A DNA stretch of 64,000 bases from an uncultured cyanobacterium (GCA_963718615.1 OY970368.1:2006475-2070474); one strand, 5' to 3'; positions 1 through 10,070 are shown, counted from the first letter of the stretch. Translations and numbers: made by a program. Notes: a model not told the origin generated them from the letters alone.

Positions 1-715
1 GATCAAGGCTGGGAATCAAGATCAAAGCCCAGTAGGGAACCTGTTCGGGGTCGACAGTTTCAATGGGGAGGATTTTTTGACTGGGCAACGTTGCGTGTTC
101 AAGATAGTGCGATCGCTCCAGCAATCCCAACTCTCGCAAAATCTGCCGAACCTTGGCAAAATGACGCCCTAACTTGAGAATAACCGCTGCATCTGCTACA
201 GCAAGGCGATCGCGCAAAATATCCGCTTCTAAAGTTGCGGGTAAAACCATCAAAACATCCTGTCGATAGACCAACGGTGTCCCCAACATCGAAGCACTTG
301 CCAAAATTGAAGAAATACCGGGCACAACCTCCGTCGTAAAGCGTTGGGAAAGGCGGTTAAACAAATACATAAACGACCCATATAGCATTGGATCCCCTTC
401 GCAGAGCACCGCGACATCTTGGCCTTGTTCGAGGAAAGGGGCGATCGCCTGCGCGGCCCGGTCATAATCCCCTTGGGCAGAACGAGTCGCATGAATTGAA
501 AGGGGCAACGGCAACTCAATTTGCCCAGGCCGGATAAACTCCGCCACAATCGATCGCGCCACAGCCTTGCCGCTAGGAAGCTGGGGATAGGCCACCACGG
601 GCACCGTCGTCAAGAGCCGATGGGCCTTGAGCGTCAGCAACTCCGGATCCCCTGGCCCAATCCCCAATCCATAGAGTTTACCCGGCATCTGCTGGTTTAG
701 GGTTTTGGGGCTCAT
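1..715 (-). CDS. cobI: precorrin-2 C20-methyltransferase (CobI/CbiL), 5' complete, runs off window start; not in ORF track because no stop in window
   Basis: Hand translation of minus strand from ATG at 715: MSPKTLNQQMPGKLYGLGIGPGDPELLTLKAHRLLTTVPVVAYP...EGDPMLYGSFMYL...; ATGA overlap with stop of upstream cobH. Confidence 0.7.
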   Translation of the reverse strand, partial: MSPKTLNQQMPGKLYGLGIGPGDPELLTLKAHRLLTTVPVVAYPQLPSGKAVARSIVAEFIRPGQIELPLPLSIHATRSAQGDYDRAAQAIAPFLEQGQDVAVLCEGDPMLYGSFMYLFNRLSQRFTTEVVPGISSILASASMLGTPLVYRQDVLMVLPATLEADILRDRLAVADAAVILKLGRHFAKVRQILRELGLLERSHYLEHATLPSQKILPIETVDPEQVPYWALILIPSLD

Positions 716-1341
716 GCTTCTGTCTCCTGGGCAAGGGCATTCACCGCTGCGGCTGCCATGGCGCTGCCGCCTCGTCGTCCTTGCAGCGTGAGGTAGGGAA
801 TTCCTCGGGCATCCGCCACGAGCTCGGCTTTGGATTCTGCTGCACCCACAAATCCCACGGGAAATCCGAGGATTAAAGCGGGCCGAGGTGCGCCTGCATC
901 CAGAAGTTCAAGCAAATGAAACAAAGCCGTTGGGGCATTGCCTATGGCGACCACTGAACCGGCGAGGTGCGATCGCCACAATTCCACCGCCGCTGCCGAT
1001 CGGGTAGTGTGCAGTTGCTCTGCCAGGGCTGGCACCTGCGGTTCGTTGAGCGTACAAATCACAGCATTTTGTGCAGGCAACCGGCTACGAATAATGCCGT
1101 GGGTGACCATTTGCACATCGCACAGGATCGAAGCCCCCTGGGCGATCGCCCCACGACCGGCAGTCACGGCATCCGCAGAGGCTCGCAAATCCTCAACAAT
1201 ATCGACCATTCCACAGGCATGGATCAGGCGGATTGCAATGGGGATGAGGTCAGGGGGCAGAGCGTTGAGATTGGCTTCGGCGCGGATGGTGGCGAAAGAT
1301 TGACGGTAGATATCGGGACCGTGGCGGAGGTAGGGGGGCAT
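712..1341 (-). CDS. cobH: precorrin-8X methylmutase (CobH/CbiC); ORF extends to 1437 but conserved protein likely starts at internal Met (MPPYLRHGPDIY)
   Basis: Family-typical length and motifs (IHACGMVDIVEDL..., GNAPTALFHLLELL). Confidence 0.8.
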   Translation of the reverse strand: MPPYLRHGPDIYRQSFATIRAEANLNALPPDLIPIAIRLIHACGMVDIVEDLRASADAVTAGRGAIAQGASILCDVQMVTHGIIRSRLPAQNAVICTLNEPQVPALAEQLHTTRSAAAVELWRSHLAGSVVAIGNAPTALFHLLELLDAGAPRPALILGFPVGFVGAAESKAELVADARGIPYLTLQGRRGGSAMAAAAVNALAQETEA

Positions 1342-1421
1342 GGGGGTAAAGGCCTGAGGATAGAGAATGAAGGAGAATGGATGGTTGTCAGTAGAGAATG
1401 GATGGTTGTTAGTGCGGTGAG

Positions 1422-2687
1422 TTGGGGATGAAGCCAATGGTGGATCGATGGTTGTCGATTGTAGGACTGGGGGAGGAGGGCTGGGCGGGGTTGAGTCCGG
1501 TAGGACGGTCTCTGGTGGAAGAGGCTGAGATTTTAGTGGGGGGCGACCGTCATTTTGCCATGGTGCCGGACCGGGAGAAAGGGTTGAAGCCTCAAGAACG
1601 CTGGGTTTGGCGATCGCCCATTGCCCAATCTGTGGAAGCCGTGCTGGCGATGCGGGGTCGGGCGGTTTGTGTTCTGGCCAGCGGAGATCCGATGTGTTAC
1701 GGCATTGGGGCGACCTTTCGGCGGTCTGTGAAGCTGGCAGAAATGACGATTTTACCTGCCCCTTCGGCCTTTAGTTGGGCCTGTGCCCGGTTGGGCTGGC
1801 CCCTGGCGGAGGTGGAAACCCTAAGCCTCTGTGGCCGTGATCCGGCTTTGTTGCATGCGGTTCTCTATCCAGGGGCAAGGATTTTGCTGTTGAGTAGCGA
1901 TCGCACCACACCCCTGACGGTGGCGGAAATCCTAACCCAACGGGGGTTTGGCCCTAGTCCGCTCACCGTCCTCGAACATCTCGGTGGCCCCCAAGAACGC
2001 ATCCGCACCCACCCCGCCAGCCATTGGCTCCAGCGCCACCCCAGCGACATCGCCGACCTCAATACCCTCGCCCTTGATTGCCAAGCCGCCCTTTCCCCGT
2101 CCGTCCTCCATCCTTCTCCCGGCTCCCCTGGCCTCCCCGATGCGGCCTATCACCACGATGGCCAACTCACCAAACGGGAAGTTCGTGCCCTGACCCTCTC
2201 GGCCCTTGCACCCTTGCCAGGGCAACTGCTTTGGGATGTGGGGGCGGGCTGCGGGTCGATTGCCATTGAATGGATGCGGAGCGATCGCCGTTGTCGGGCG
2301 ATCGCCATTGAACAAAATCCCCAACGGCAACAGTTCATGACCGAAAATGCCCAAGCCCTCGGGACGCCGGGGCTGCAAATCATTGCCGGAAAAGCGCCTG
2401 ATGCCCTGCAAAATCTGCCGCAGCCCGATGCCATTTTTATCGGGGGTGGTATCACCCAACCGGGTCTCCTGGAAACCTGCTGGATGGCCCTTCGACCCGG
2501 TGGACGACTGGTTGCGAATACCGTTACGATTCCAGGGGAACAGAAATTGTTTGAGGGACAACAGCGATGGGGCGGTGAACTCAGTCGTATTGGGATCCAG
2601 CGGGCTGAGGCGATCGGTCGTTTTCTCGGCTGGAAAGCTCTTGCGCCAGTGACCCAATGGGTTGTGATTAAGGCCGATTCGCCTTGA
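1422..2687 (+). CDS. cobL: precorrin-6Y C5,15-methyltransferase (decarboxylating), CbiE/CbiT fusion
   Basis: N-terminal tetrapyrrole methylase fold (VLASGDPMCYGIG), C-terminal SAM MTase (LWDVGAGCGSIAIEW). Confidence 0.85.
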   Translation: MGMKPMVDRWLSIVGLGEEGWAGLSPVGRSLVEEAEILVGGDRHFAMVPDREKGLKPQERWVWRSPIAQSVEAVLAMRGRAVCVLASGDPMCYGIGATFRRSVKLAEMTILPAPSAFSWACARLGWPLAEVETLSLCGRDPALLHAVLYPGARILLLSSDRTTPLTVAEILTQRGFGPSPLTVLEHLGGPQERIRTHPASHWLQRHPSDIADLNTLALDCQAALSPSVLHPSPGSPGLPDAAYHHDGQLTKREVRALTLSALAPLPGQLLWDVGAGCGSIAIEWMRSDRRCRAIAIEQNPQRQQFMTENAQALGTPGLQIIAGKAPDALQNLPQPDAIFIGGGITQPGLLETCWMALRPGGRLVANTVTIPGEQKLFEGQQRWGGELSRIGIQRAEAIGRFLGWKALAPVTQWVVIKADSP

Positions 2688-2695
2688 GTTTCGTT

Positions 2696-3478
2696 TCAGT
2701 TTTCTTCCAGATGACCCTGCAACCAATCCAATGCCGCTGCCACGGTGTGAACGGTTTTACAGTCGGGGACCCAAGGCCGTTGGACCATGACCACGGGCAA
2801 TCCGAGGGATCGGGCCGCTGCAATTTTGCTGTAGGTTCCACTGCCGCCGCTGTTTTTGCTGACGATCGCATCAATCTTGTACTCCAGCAGGAGCGATCGC
2901 TCGGCGGTTTCATCAAAGGGACCTTGGGCGAACAAGATGTGGCCAGGGGGGGTGGGGGTGTTGGGGGGTGGGGGGGTGATCATGCGCAGGAGGAACCAGC
3001 GATCGCGCAAACCGGCAAAGGTTGAAATTTCTTGACGGCCAATGCTGAGGAAAATTCGTTGGGCGTTGGTTGGTAAAGTTGCAACGGCTGCGTTTAGGCT
3101 GGGAACTTCGAGCCAGCGATCGCCCACGTCCTGGACCCAAGCTGGACGAACCAGCCGGATCATGGGAATTTTGGCCTGGGCGGCAGCGGCAACGGCATGG
3201 GCCGAAATCTGGGCGGCAAAGGGATGAGTGGCATCAATCAAAAAATCAATGGGTTGTCTTTGCAAGTATTCTGCCAGTCCTGCAACCCCGCCAAAATGTC
3301 CCACCCGTTGTTCCCAAGTGATCTGCCCTGTTGTCCTAATCTGAATCCGATTGGTGCGGCCTGCCAAGGAATGGATGACGGTCAAGTTAGGAATTTGAGT
3401 GGCCTGTCCAGCCAACTGCATGGCTTCGGTGATGCCTCCCAAAATCAAGACAAACCGCTGTGCTTTGCCGCTACTCAT
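2696..3478 (-). CDS. cobK: precorrin-6A reductase (CobK/CbiJ) with PPPPNTPTPP insertion
   Basis: CobK-like sequence throughout; convergent with cobL (8-nt gap). Confidence 0.85.
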   Translation of the reverse strand: MSSGKAQRFVLILGGITEAMQLAGQATQIPNLTVIHSLAGRTNRIQIRTTGQITWEQRVGHFGGVAGLAEYLQRQPIDFLIDATHPFAAQISAHAVAAAAQAKIPMIRLVRPAWVQDVGDRWLEVPSLNAAVATLPTNAQRIFLSIGRQEISTFAGLRDRWFLLRMITPPPPNTPTPPGHILFAQGPFDETAERSLLLEYKIDAIVSKNSGGSGTYSKIAAARSLGLPVVMVQRPWVPDCKTVHTVAAALDWLQGHLEEN

Positions 3479-3613
3479 CGCGCTACAACACCAGTCATCT
3501 GGAATAAAGATCGCAGGGATTGGGTCGGAATTGCGGTCATCGGGACATGGTTGAGCGTGAATAGATCGTTGCTTGAGTTTAGCGTTTTGGCTGGGTACTC
3601 TGTCGATATATCA

Positions 3614-4024
3614 GTGAGGATTAGTACTGTGTCTCCTTTCTCCAATGCCTCTGAAGCCGTCTATCAATCTTTCCTGGTACAACAATTCCAGGCTAAGGGG
3701 ATTTTGGCCAAGACTCATATCGCGGTAAAAGGCGGAGAAATTGATATTCTCACACCTGACCAGATCATTGAGTGCAAGGCCCTTTTGGATCGTCAATCTT
3801 TGCTGATGGCGTTGGGGCAACTCCAGCTATATTCTCCTTTTTATCCCAAGTATCGTCTGGCCATAGCAGGACCTCTGCCAGACGCAAAGAAATTTCCAAA
3901 AATTTTGAAAACAGCAGAAGCTGTGATTACGAGGATACAGGCCATCGGGGTTGAGGTAATTGTCTTACCTAAGCTTGCTAAGCCACCTGTAGATACAGTA
4001 TCGGTGGAAATGTCGATAGGGTGA
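3614..4024 (+). CDS. hypothetical small protein, possible PD-(D/E)xK-like motif (EIDIL...IIECK); start uncertain (GTG 3614; upstream part of ORF 3197.. is antisense of cobK)
   Basis: ORF track 3197..4024; only portion downstream of cobK is plausible. Confidence 0.35.
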   Translation: MRISTVSPFSNASEAVYQSFLVQQFQAKGILAKTHIAVKGGEIDILTPDQIIECKALLDRQSLLMALGQLQLYSPFYPKYRLAIAGPLPDAKKFPKILKTAEAVITRIQAIGVEVIVLPKLAKPPVDTVSVEMSIG

Positions 4025-4155
4025 AACGGGAAGGAAATTCTCTAAACCCTCTCAGAGACCGACAATTTTTAAACTGTCTACAAAGCCTCAAGGCTTTTGG
4101 GCTATATTCGCTAGGGTAAGCGTAATCCTAATTTCTGGCGGAGAACAATGCAGCC

Positions 4156-4437
4156 ATGGCTAAGATTAAGCCGGTTCAACAGCACAGTCAGCTTTGGATG
4201 ATTCAGGCTTGGGCTTCGTTTATATTGTCCCTAGGAGGGTTGTCCTTAGGCATTGCTAATTTACCGGTAGATACCTGGGTTAAGGGCTATATGGGGATGG
4301 GAACTCTGTTCACGGTGGGTTCAACCTTGAGCTTGGCAAAGACTTCGCGCGATCGCTTTGAAGAACAACAAATTACCGCTCGCATTGATGAAGCCAAAGT
4401 CGAAAAGCTACTCGCCGAACACCATCCGATGAATTAG
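4156..4437 (+). CDS. YiaA/YiaB-type two-helix small membrane protein
   Basis: 93 aa, two predicted TM helices, YiaAB-like sequence. Confidence 0.5.
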   Translation: MAKIKPVQQHSQLWMIQAWASFILSLGGLSLGIANLPVDTWVKGYMGMGTLFTVGSTLSLAKTSRDRFEEQQITARIDEAKVEKLLAEHHPMN

Positions 4438-4493
4438 AACGTTCCCAAGCAACCCCATGAAACCCCATGAACCCCTGGCACTGTTGACCCAAT

Positions 4494-5762
4494 CTAATCT
4501 TCTCCTACATCCCGCAGTCCGCGCGATCGCCCGCCTGCCAACTGCTGCACCACCTGAGCCACATCCACGCCCGTCGCCTGCTTGAGTTGCTCAATTAACG
4601 CTTTGGTCTGAATCACCCCTTTGCCGCTGGAATTATGACCATCGATTACCGTGACGCTGTCTACGTCCACGTCTGGGAAGCCAGCGGCGATCGCCTTGAG
4701 CAGCACATCCAGTTTCGGGAAGAGGAAAACCTCCTTCGCATTGGGACCCGCTGCCTGCCAGGATTCCGCGAGCTGCCGTAAACCTTCCGCTTGGGCACGT
4801 CCCTCTTCAATAATGGTGGCAGCGCTCCCCTTGGCTCGGGCAATGGACTGTTGACATTGCGACTCTGCCGGAGCAATCACATCCGCTTCGAGTTGCTGAA
4901 CCACCTGTTTGATTCGCTCTTTTTGTACGGCTACATCCGCCTGAGTCCGCGCAATTTCGGTCCCCACTTCTGACTCAGCTTCCGCCACTAGCGCAACGCG
5001 CTTGGTCTGGGCATCCCGCACCCGTTCCTGGGCAGTGGCTTCTGCAACTTTAATATCCCGTTCAATGCGACGGAGAGAGGTGTTGCGTTCATTGGCGGAG
5101 GTGCGGATGGCGGATTCGGCCTTGGCTTTGGCTTCGGCGATGCGGGCATTGCGGATTAGATCAGCCTGCTGCTTACGGCCAATGGAGTCGAGATAACCGG
5201 CTTCATCGGAAATATTTTGAATCTGTAAACTGTCTAGCACAATGCCCAGCAGTTCCAAATCATCCTCGGCCTCTTCCAGCAAACTACGGGCAAAGGCAAC
5301 CTTATCTTCGTTGACCTGCTCAGGGGTCAAACTAGCCAGAACGCCCCGTAAATTACCTTCGAGGGTTTCCCGTGCCAGGGCCTCAATTTCGTTCCGTTTT
5401 TTGCCCAGAAGCCGCTCGATCGCATTGTGAATCGTTGGTTCTTCGCCAGAAATTTTGATGTTCGCAACCCCTTCTACGGTTAAGGGAATTCCGCCTTTGG
5501 AATAGGCATTTTTCACCTTTAGATCGATGATCATATTGGTGAGATTCATCCGATAGGTCTCTTCCATTAGCGGTATTTGGATGCTGCTGCCGCCCTTAAC
5601 TAATCGATAGCCAACGCTTTTATCCATGCCTGCGACGGGATGACGACTGCCTGCAAAGATTAAGACTTCATTAGGTTGGCAAATGTGATAAAGGTTCTTG
5701 ATCGCAAAGCTTGCGGCACCGAGACCGAGGGCTCCGCCAACGAGGAGAACAGGTAAGACCAT
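4494..5762 (-). CDS. flotillin family protein (SPFH/band 7 domain plus long coiled-coil EA-rich region)
   Basis: N-terminal TM, SPFH core (NAYSKGGIPLTVEGVANIKI), flotillin-like coiled coil. Confidence 0.85.
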   Translation of the reverse strand: MVLPVLLVGGALGLGAASFAIKNLYHICQPNEVLIFAGSRHPVAGMDKSVGYRLVKGGSSIQIPLMEETYRMNLTNMIIDLKVKNAYSKGGIPLTVEGVANIKISGEEPTIHNAIERLLGKKRNEIEALARETLEGNLRGVLASLTPEQVNEDKVAFARSLLEEAEDDLELLGIVLDSLQIQNISDEAGYLDSIGRKQQADLIRNARIAEAKAKAESAIRTSANERNTSLRRIERDIKVAEATAQERVRDAQTKRVALVAEAESEVGTEIARTQADVAVQKERIKQVVQQLEADVIAPAESQCQQSIARAKGSAATIIEEGRAQAEGLRQLAESWQAAGPNAKEVFLFPKLDVLLKAIAAGFPDVDVDSVTVIDGHNSSGKGVIQTKALIEQLKQATGVDVAQVVQQLAGGRSRGLRDVGED

Positions 5763-5849
5763 GGCAATGACTTCCTTAATGAAATTTCCGACTGAATGAG
5801 AGGTCCGAGAAGAGGTGCGAGATTTTTGTTAGTTGGATTGATTGGGTTC

Positions 5850-7403
5850 CTAGGAAACTTTGTGGCCGTTAATTGCTGGGGGAGTAGCCGTAGCCGTAGC
5901 CGTAGCCGTGGTGGATGTGGAATCCGCTGGGGTCGGCGCTAAGGCTTGGGATTTGGTTCGGGGTTTGCTTTGGGTTAGGGTTCCCAGGACATCAATGCCG
6001 AGGGTTTTGTTAACGCTTTCGAGGAACTTCGTCAGGATATCGGGATAGAGATTGACCAGATTGGCGAGCGATCGCCCATCGCCGCTATCCACCACATCAA
6101 TTTTCTTGAGGTGAAGCCGTCCCGGAATCTGCACCGCTTCATGGAGAATCATCTCAATTTGCTGAATCACCAACAGTTCTGGCGCTTCACTGCCAATATC
6201 TTTCCACACTTGGCCAAGCAACTCATTAGCCTTGGCTTCGGCCTTAGCATTTTCCGCCAGGGGGGCGGCTGAGCCCCGTGCCAGGAGTTCTTGGGCTTTT
6301 TGCTGGGCTTCGGCGGGCATGATTTCATCGGCCTGAAGCCGCAGTCGCTCTAGCTCAGAGCGCACCGCTTGGAGCTTCTGCTCAAACTTGGCGCGCTGTT
6401 CGCGACCGGCGGCGGTGGTGACTTCCTCTTCGGACTTGGCCTTTTGTTCAAGCTTGGCCTTGAGTTCCCGCAGTTCGTTTTCCTTTTCACGGACAATGGT
6501 GCGATCGCGACTCTTAGCCACTTCCGCCTGTTCTTCGCATTCCGCTTCGGTGCGGTTGGCCTCTTCTAGGGCATCCGATTCGGCAATTTCCGCATCCCGT
6601 ACAATCATGGCAATCCGCTCGCGGCCCAGGGAACTGAGATAATCGACATGGTCCGCCACGCTTTGAATCTTGAACGTGTCAATTTCTAGCCCAAGTTTGT
6701 GCAAGTCCCGGCGCACATCCGCAGAAATGCGTTCAGCAAACTCCAGCCGGTCTTCATTCACCTGTTCCGGTGTCAGTGTTGCCACAACGCCCCGCAAATT
6801 GCCTTCGAGGGTTTCCCGCGCCACGCGCACCAAGTCCTCTCGCTTGCTGCCTAGGAAGCGTTCGATGGCGTTGCCGACAATATTGGGGTCGCTGGAAATT
6901 TTGATGTTGGCGATCGCCTGAATATCCAACGGCGTTCCGCCCTTGGCATAGGCGTTACGAATTTCCACCTGGACCGGCATCGTGGTGACGCTCATGCGCT
7001 CAATGGTTTCCAAAATCGGGATGCGAATGGCGCGCCCACCGGCCAAAACGCGATACCCAACCTCCTGACCATCGGCCATTTTCCACTTCCGTCCTGAAAT
7101 CACCAAGACCTCATTGGGTTTGCAGATACAGAGAAACGACTTCAAAAACCAGTAGCTCAAGGCGGTTCCTGTCCCAATCAATAACAAGGTGGTGGGCAAT
7201 GCCAAATCGCCGAGGACCCCAGCCTGTTGGGTCTGCGCCTGGGGAAGCTGAAGTAGGGGCGTCGGAGCAACCTGTGCCGTGCCTAGAACGGTTGGAGTGG
7301 ATTGAGCGGCGGGTCTAGGAATATCCATCATGATTCTGTAGTCCTGCACAAGAGAATCGGTTAGCGAACTCGATCGGTAAACTTGATCAGTAAACTCGGT
7401 CAT
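5850..7403 (-). CDS. flotillin family protein, paralog of 4494..5762; C-terminus ends in (AT)n encoded by (GTAGCC)n hexamer repeat
   Basis: SPFH core (NAYAKGGTPLDIQAIANIKI), coiled coil; ATGA overlap with upstream nfeD. Confidence 0.85.
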   Translation of the reverse strand: MTEFTDQVYRSSSLTDSLVQDYRIMMDIPRPAAQSTPTVLGTAQVAPTPLLQLPQAQTQQAGVLGDLALPTTLLLIGTGTALSYWFLKSFLCICKPNEVLVISGRKWKMADGQEVGYRVLAGGRAIRIPILETIERMSVTTMPVQVEIRNAYAKGGTPLDIQAIANIKISSDPNIVGNAIERFLGSKREDLVRVARETLEGNLRGVVATLTPEQVNEDRLEFAERISADVRRDLHKLGLEIDTFKIQSVADHVDYLSSLGRERIAMIVRDAEIAESDALEEANRTEAECEEQAEVAKSRDRTIVREKENELRELKAKLEQKAKSEEEVTTAAGREQRAKFEQKLQAVRSELERLRLQADEIMPAEAQQKAQELLARGSAAPLAENAKAEAKANELLGQVWKDIGSEAPELLVIQQIEMILHEAVQIPGRLHLKKIDVVDSGDGRSLANLVNLYPDILTKFLESVNKTLGIDVLGTLTQSKPRTKSQALAPTPADSTSTTATATATATPPAINGHKVS

Positions 7404-7753
7404 TGGTTCATTTGAGACTCAGGCACCACGAGAATGCGGTTGCCCTGGGCGGCGATCACAAAGACGCGATCGCCCGGATTAAGCTCCTGCTCCACATCGG
7501 TAATCGCCAGCAAGTCCACGGCGGATCCCTTGATCGTGACGCGAACCTTGCCCCGGCTCAGATGATTAAACGGCACTTCGACAACGCCCCATTGGCCAAT
7601 GGCATGCTCAGAAGACGCCATGCTGTTAATGACCGTTGCTCGCCGCTGGATTTGAATGAGAATAACGATCGCACTCCCAAGGGCGATGCCGATAGCGATG
7701 GAAATAAACGCAACGTAAAGCATCGATTCCGCTGAGAGGGATGGGGAAGGCAT
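7400..7753 (-). CDS. NfeD-family membrane protein (short form: TM segment plus OB-fold), partner of SPFH proteins
   Basis: 117 aa, N-terminal TM, C-terminal beta-rich OB-like region; immediately upstream and overlapping flotillin start. Confidence 0.7.
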   Translation of the reverse strand: MPSPSLSAESMLYVAFISIAIGIALGSAIVILIQIQRRATVINSMASSEHAIGQWGVVEVPFNHLSRGKVRVTIKGSAVDLLAITDVEQELNPGDRVFVIAAQGNRILVVPESQMNQ

Positions 7754-8013
7754 GCAGGCAAGCAGCGACGGAGGGAGAAAGAAGCAATCCTCGAAGTACG
7801 ACTATCCTAGCCTCTGGAATTTGAGACGGTCAGGAATTGTAAAGTTCCCTTATTTCTTTTCTGATCTCCTTAACCTCTTTAGAGATAATTCCCAATCCTT
7901 GACCGCAACTCAAAACCAAACGAGGATTCCCCACGGGAGGTGGTCCAAGAAAATCATCCTTGACCGGTATTCCCGCTATCTGCTCAATTCGGCCAAGACT
8001 AAAAACTATCCTT

Positions 8014-9195
8014 CTATCCCTTCACACAAATAACCTGCCGCAACGTCGCCACCACTTCCACCAAATCCGCCTGATTTGCCATCACTGTCTCGATCGACTT
8101 ATAGGCCGCTGGAATTTCATCCAAAACCCCCTTATCCTTGCGGCATTCAATCCCCTCCGTCTGGGCAATCAAATCATCTAACGAGTAAACCCGCTTCGCC
8201 TTGGCCCGCGACATCAACCGCCCCGCCCCATGGCTACAGGAGCAAAAGCTCATGGCATTGCCCTTGCCCTTGACAATGTAAGACTTTGCCCCCATCGACC
8301 CTGGAATAATGCCGTAGTCCTCTTCCCGTGCCCGCACAGCGCCTTTGCGAGTGATGTAAACTTCTTCCCCAAAGTGAATTTCCTTCTCCGCATAGTTGTG
8401 ATGACAATTGACCGAGAGCAGCGGTTTTGTCGGTTTTCCCCCGGCTACATGCTTTTCTACAATGCGCTTAAAGCGCGCCATCATCACATCGCGGTTGTAT
8501 AGCGCATAGGCTTGCGCCCATTGCAAATCTCGCCAGTAATTGGCAAATTCTTCTGTTCCCTGGACAAAATAGGCCAGATCTAGATCCGGTAGCTTATCTT
8601 CCGAGAGTTTGGCTAAATGCTTTGCCGTGTCAATATGACACTGGGCTAGCTTATTGCCAATATTGCGCGAGCCCGAATGGAGCATTAGCCAAACCTGGTC
8701 TTCTGTATCCAGACAAACCTCAATAAAATGGTTGCCTCCCCCGAGGGACCCAAGCTGTCGCATCGCTTTCATTTGCAACGTTTGCACGCCGCGATGGAGC
8801 GCCTTAAAGCCTTGCCATCCCTGCCAATTCTGCACGGGTTTTTCAATCTGCTTATTCTCGTCAAATCCCGTCGGAATCGCTGCTTCGATCTCCTTGCGAA
8901 TTTGCTTCAGCTTGCCTTCGAGTTGCGGAGCTTTAAACGGCATTTTGAGGGCGGCCATCCCACAGCCAATATCGACGCCCACCGCCGCCGGGACAATGGC
9001 CTCCTTTGTGGCCAAGACAGATCCCACCAAGGCCCCTTTGCCTAAATGCACATCCGGCATCAGTGACACATGCTTAAACACAAACGGAAGCGAAGCCACA
9101 TTCTTGGCCATTTGGATCTCCTGGGACCCTAGGTCATGATTGGCCCAGGAAAAGACCGGCTTGTCAGTTGAAAAGGGAACCGCTTGGTGGGGCAT
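8014..9195 (-). CDS. rtcB: RNA-splicing ligase RtcB
   Basis: Hallmark motifs GGGNHFIE, SHGAGR, CHHNY. Confidence 0.9.
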   Translation of the reverse strand: MPHQAVPFSTDKPVFSWANHDLGSQEIQMAKNVASLPFVFKHVSLMPDVHLGKGALVGSVLATKEAIVPAAVGVDIGCGMAALKMPFKAPQLEGKLKQIRKEIEAAIPTGFDENKQIEKPVQNWQGWQGFKALHRGVQTLQMKAMRQLGSLGGGNHFIEVCLDTEDQVWLMLHSGSRNIGNKLAQCHIDTAKHLAKLSEDKLPDLDLAYFVQGTEEFANYWRDLQWAQAYALYNRDVMMARFKRIVEKHVAGGKPTKPLLSVNCHHNYAEKEIHFGEEVYITRKGAVRAREEDYGIIPGSMGAKSYIVKGKGNAMSFCSCSHGAGRLMSRAKAKRVYSLDDLIAQTEGIECRKDKGVLDEIPAAYKSIETVMANQADLVEVVATLRQVICVKG

Positions 9196-9275
9196 TGCCG
9201 TCGCTCATGCTCACGTACATCTTGTATTATGATGTACTACATGCGGGTGAATGGCAAGCCCCTGGGGCGGCTAAG

Positions 9276-10070
9276 CTAACGGACTGCTGTGCCTCGATAG
9301 ATGCGATCGCCCTGTTCTGGAGAAAGCCAAGGTGAAGTCACCGACGTCTGGGGTTTAGCATTGCGCTCCGGTACATGCTCCGCCAAAGGCGCACTGGTTT
9401 TCACATACTGACCGGGCTGGATGCCTTGATCGTTATCTTCTGCGACAATTTGCGTAAAGGGAGGCACAAAGGCATGGGTTTCGTCATCGTAGGCCAGGAT
9501 GTTACCCGTCTCGAATTCGTAAATCCAGCCGTAGATTTTGAGTTTGCCTTGGTGTAATCGCGAATGAACCACTGGATAGGTTTTGAGATTATCAATTTGC
9601 GTCAAGATATTCTCGGCAACCGCTGTTTCGATCAGGTCTTCGCCTTCCAAATGTCCGTAGCTATCTTGGATGACCCGCAGGGTGCCCGCCGCATGCTCCA
9701 GCCACTCGCAGACCAACGGCATGGAATCGCGCAGTTCCTTTATCTTGAGTAGCCCCTTCATAGCCCCGCAGTGGGAGTGGCCACAGATGACAATTTGATC
9801 GACGCCCAGAGCATGAACCGCATATTCAATCGTCGCGCCCTCGCCGCCATTGGCCGCGCCGTAGGGGGGCACAATATTACCCGCGTTGCGAATGACAAAC
9901 AGATCGCCTGGATTCGTCTGAGTAATCAAATTCGGGTCAATCCGAGAATCCGAACAGGTAATGAACAAAACCCGAGGTTTTTGCCCGTGGGCCAATTTTT
10001 CAAAGAGCTGACGATATTCGTCAAAGTGATGCTCCTGAAACTCACGCAATCCTCGGATTAATTTTCTCAT
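9276..10070 (-). CDS. beta-class carbonic anhydrase with about 70-aa C-terminal extension (CcaA/IcfA-like)
   Basis: CSDSR and GHSHCGA zinc-ligand motifs. Confidence 0.85.
   Translation of the reverse strand: MRKLIRGLREFQEHHFDEYRQLFEKLAHGQKPRVLFITCSDSRIDPNLITQTNPGDLFVIRNAGNIVPPYGAANGGEGATIEYAVHALGVDQIVICGHSHCGAMKGLLKIKELRDSMPLVCEWLEHAAGTLRVIQDSYGHLEGEDLIETAVAENILTQIDNLKTYPVVHSRLHQGKLKIYGWIYEFETGNILAYDDETHAFVPPFTQIVAEDNDQGIQPGQYVKTSAPLAEHVPERNAKPQTSVTSPWLSPEQGDRIYRGTAVR

Noticed and set aside
938-1431. ORFs 938..1303 and 967..1431 on plus strand overlapping cobH
   Set aside because: Antisense ORFs inside a well-supported GC-rich gene. Their composition reflects codon bias of the opposite strand.
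1932-2726. 264-aa minus-strand ORF inside cobL, and similar antisense ORFs (e.g. 20892..21566 in opcA, 13249..14175 in the acidic-protein gene, 42354..42920 and 42401..42907 in the Hint region, 34710..35513 in dusA)
   Set aside because: No family resemblance. They are fully embedded antisense to confidently identified genes. High GC suppresses stop codons.
3197-3478. 5' 280 nt of ORF 3197..4024
   Set aside because: Overlaps cobK on the opposite strand. Only the part downstream of cobK is considered potentially coding.
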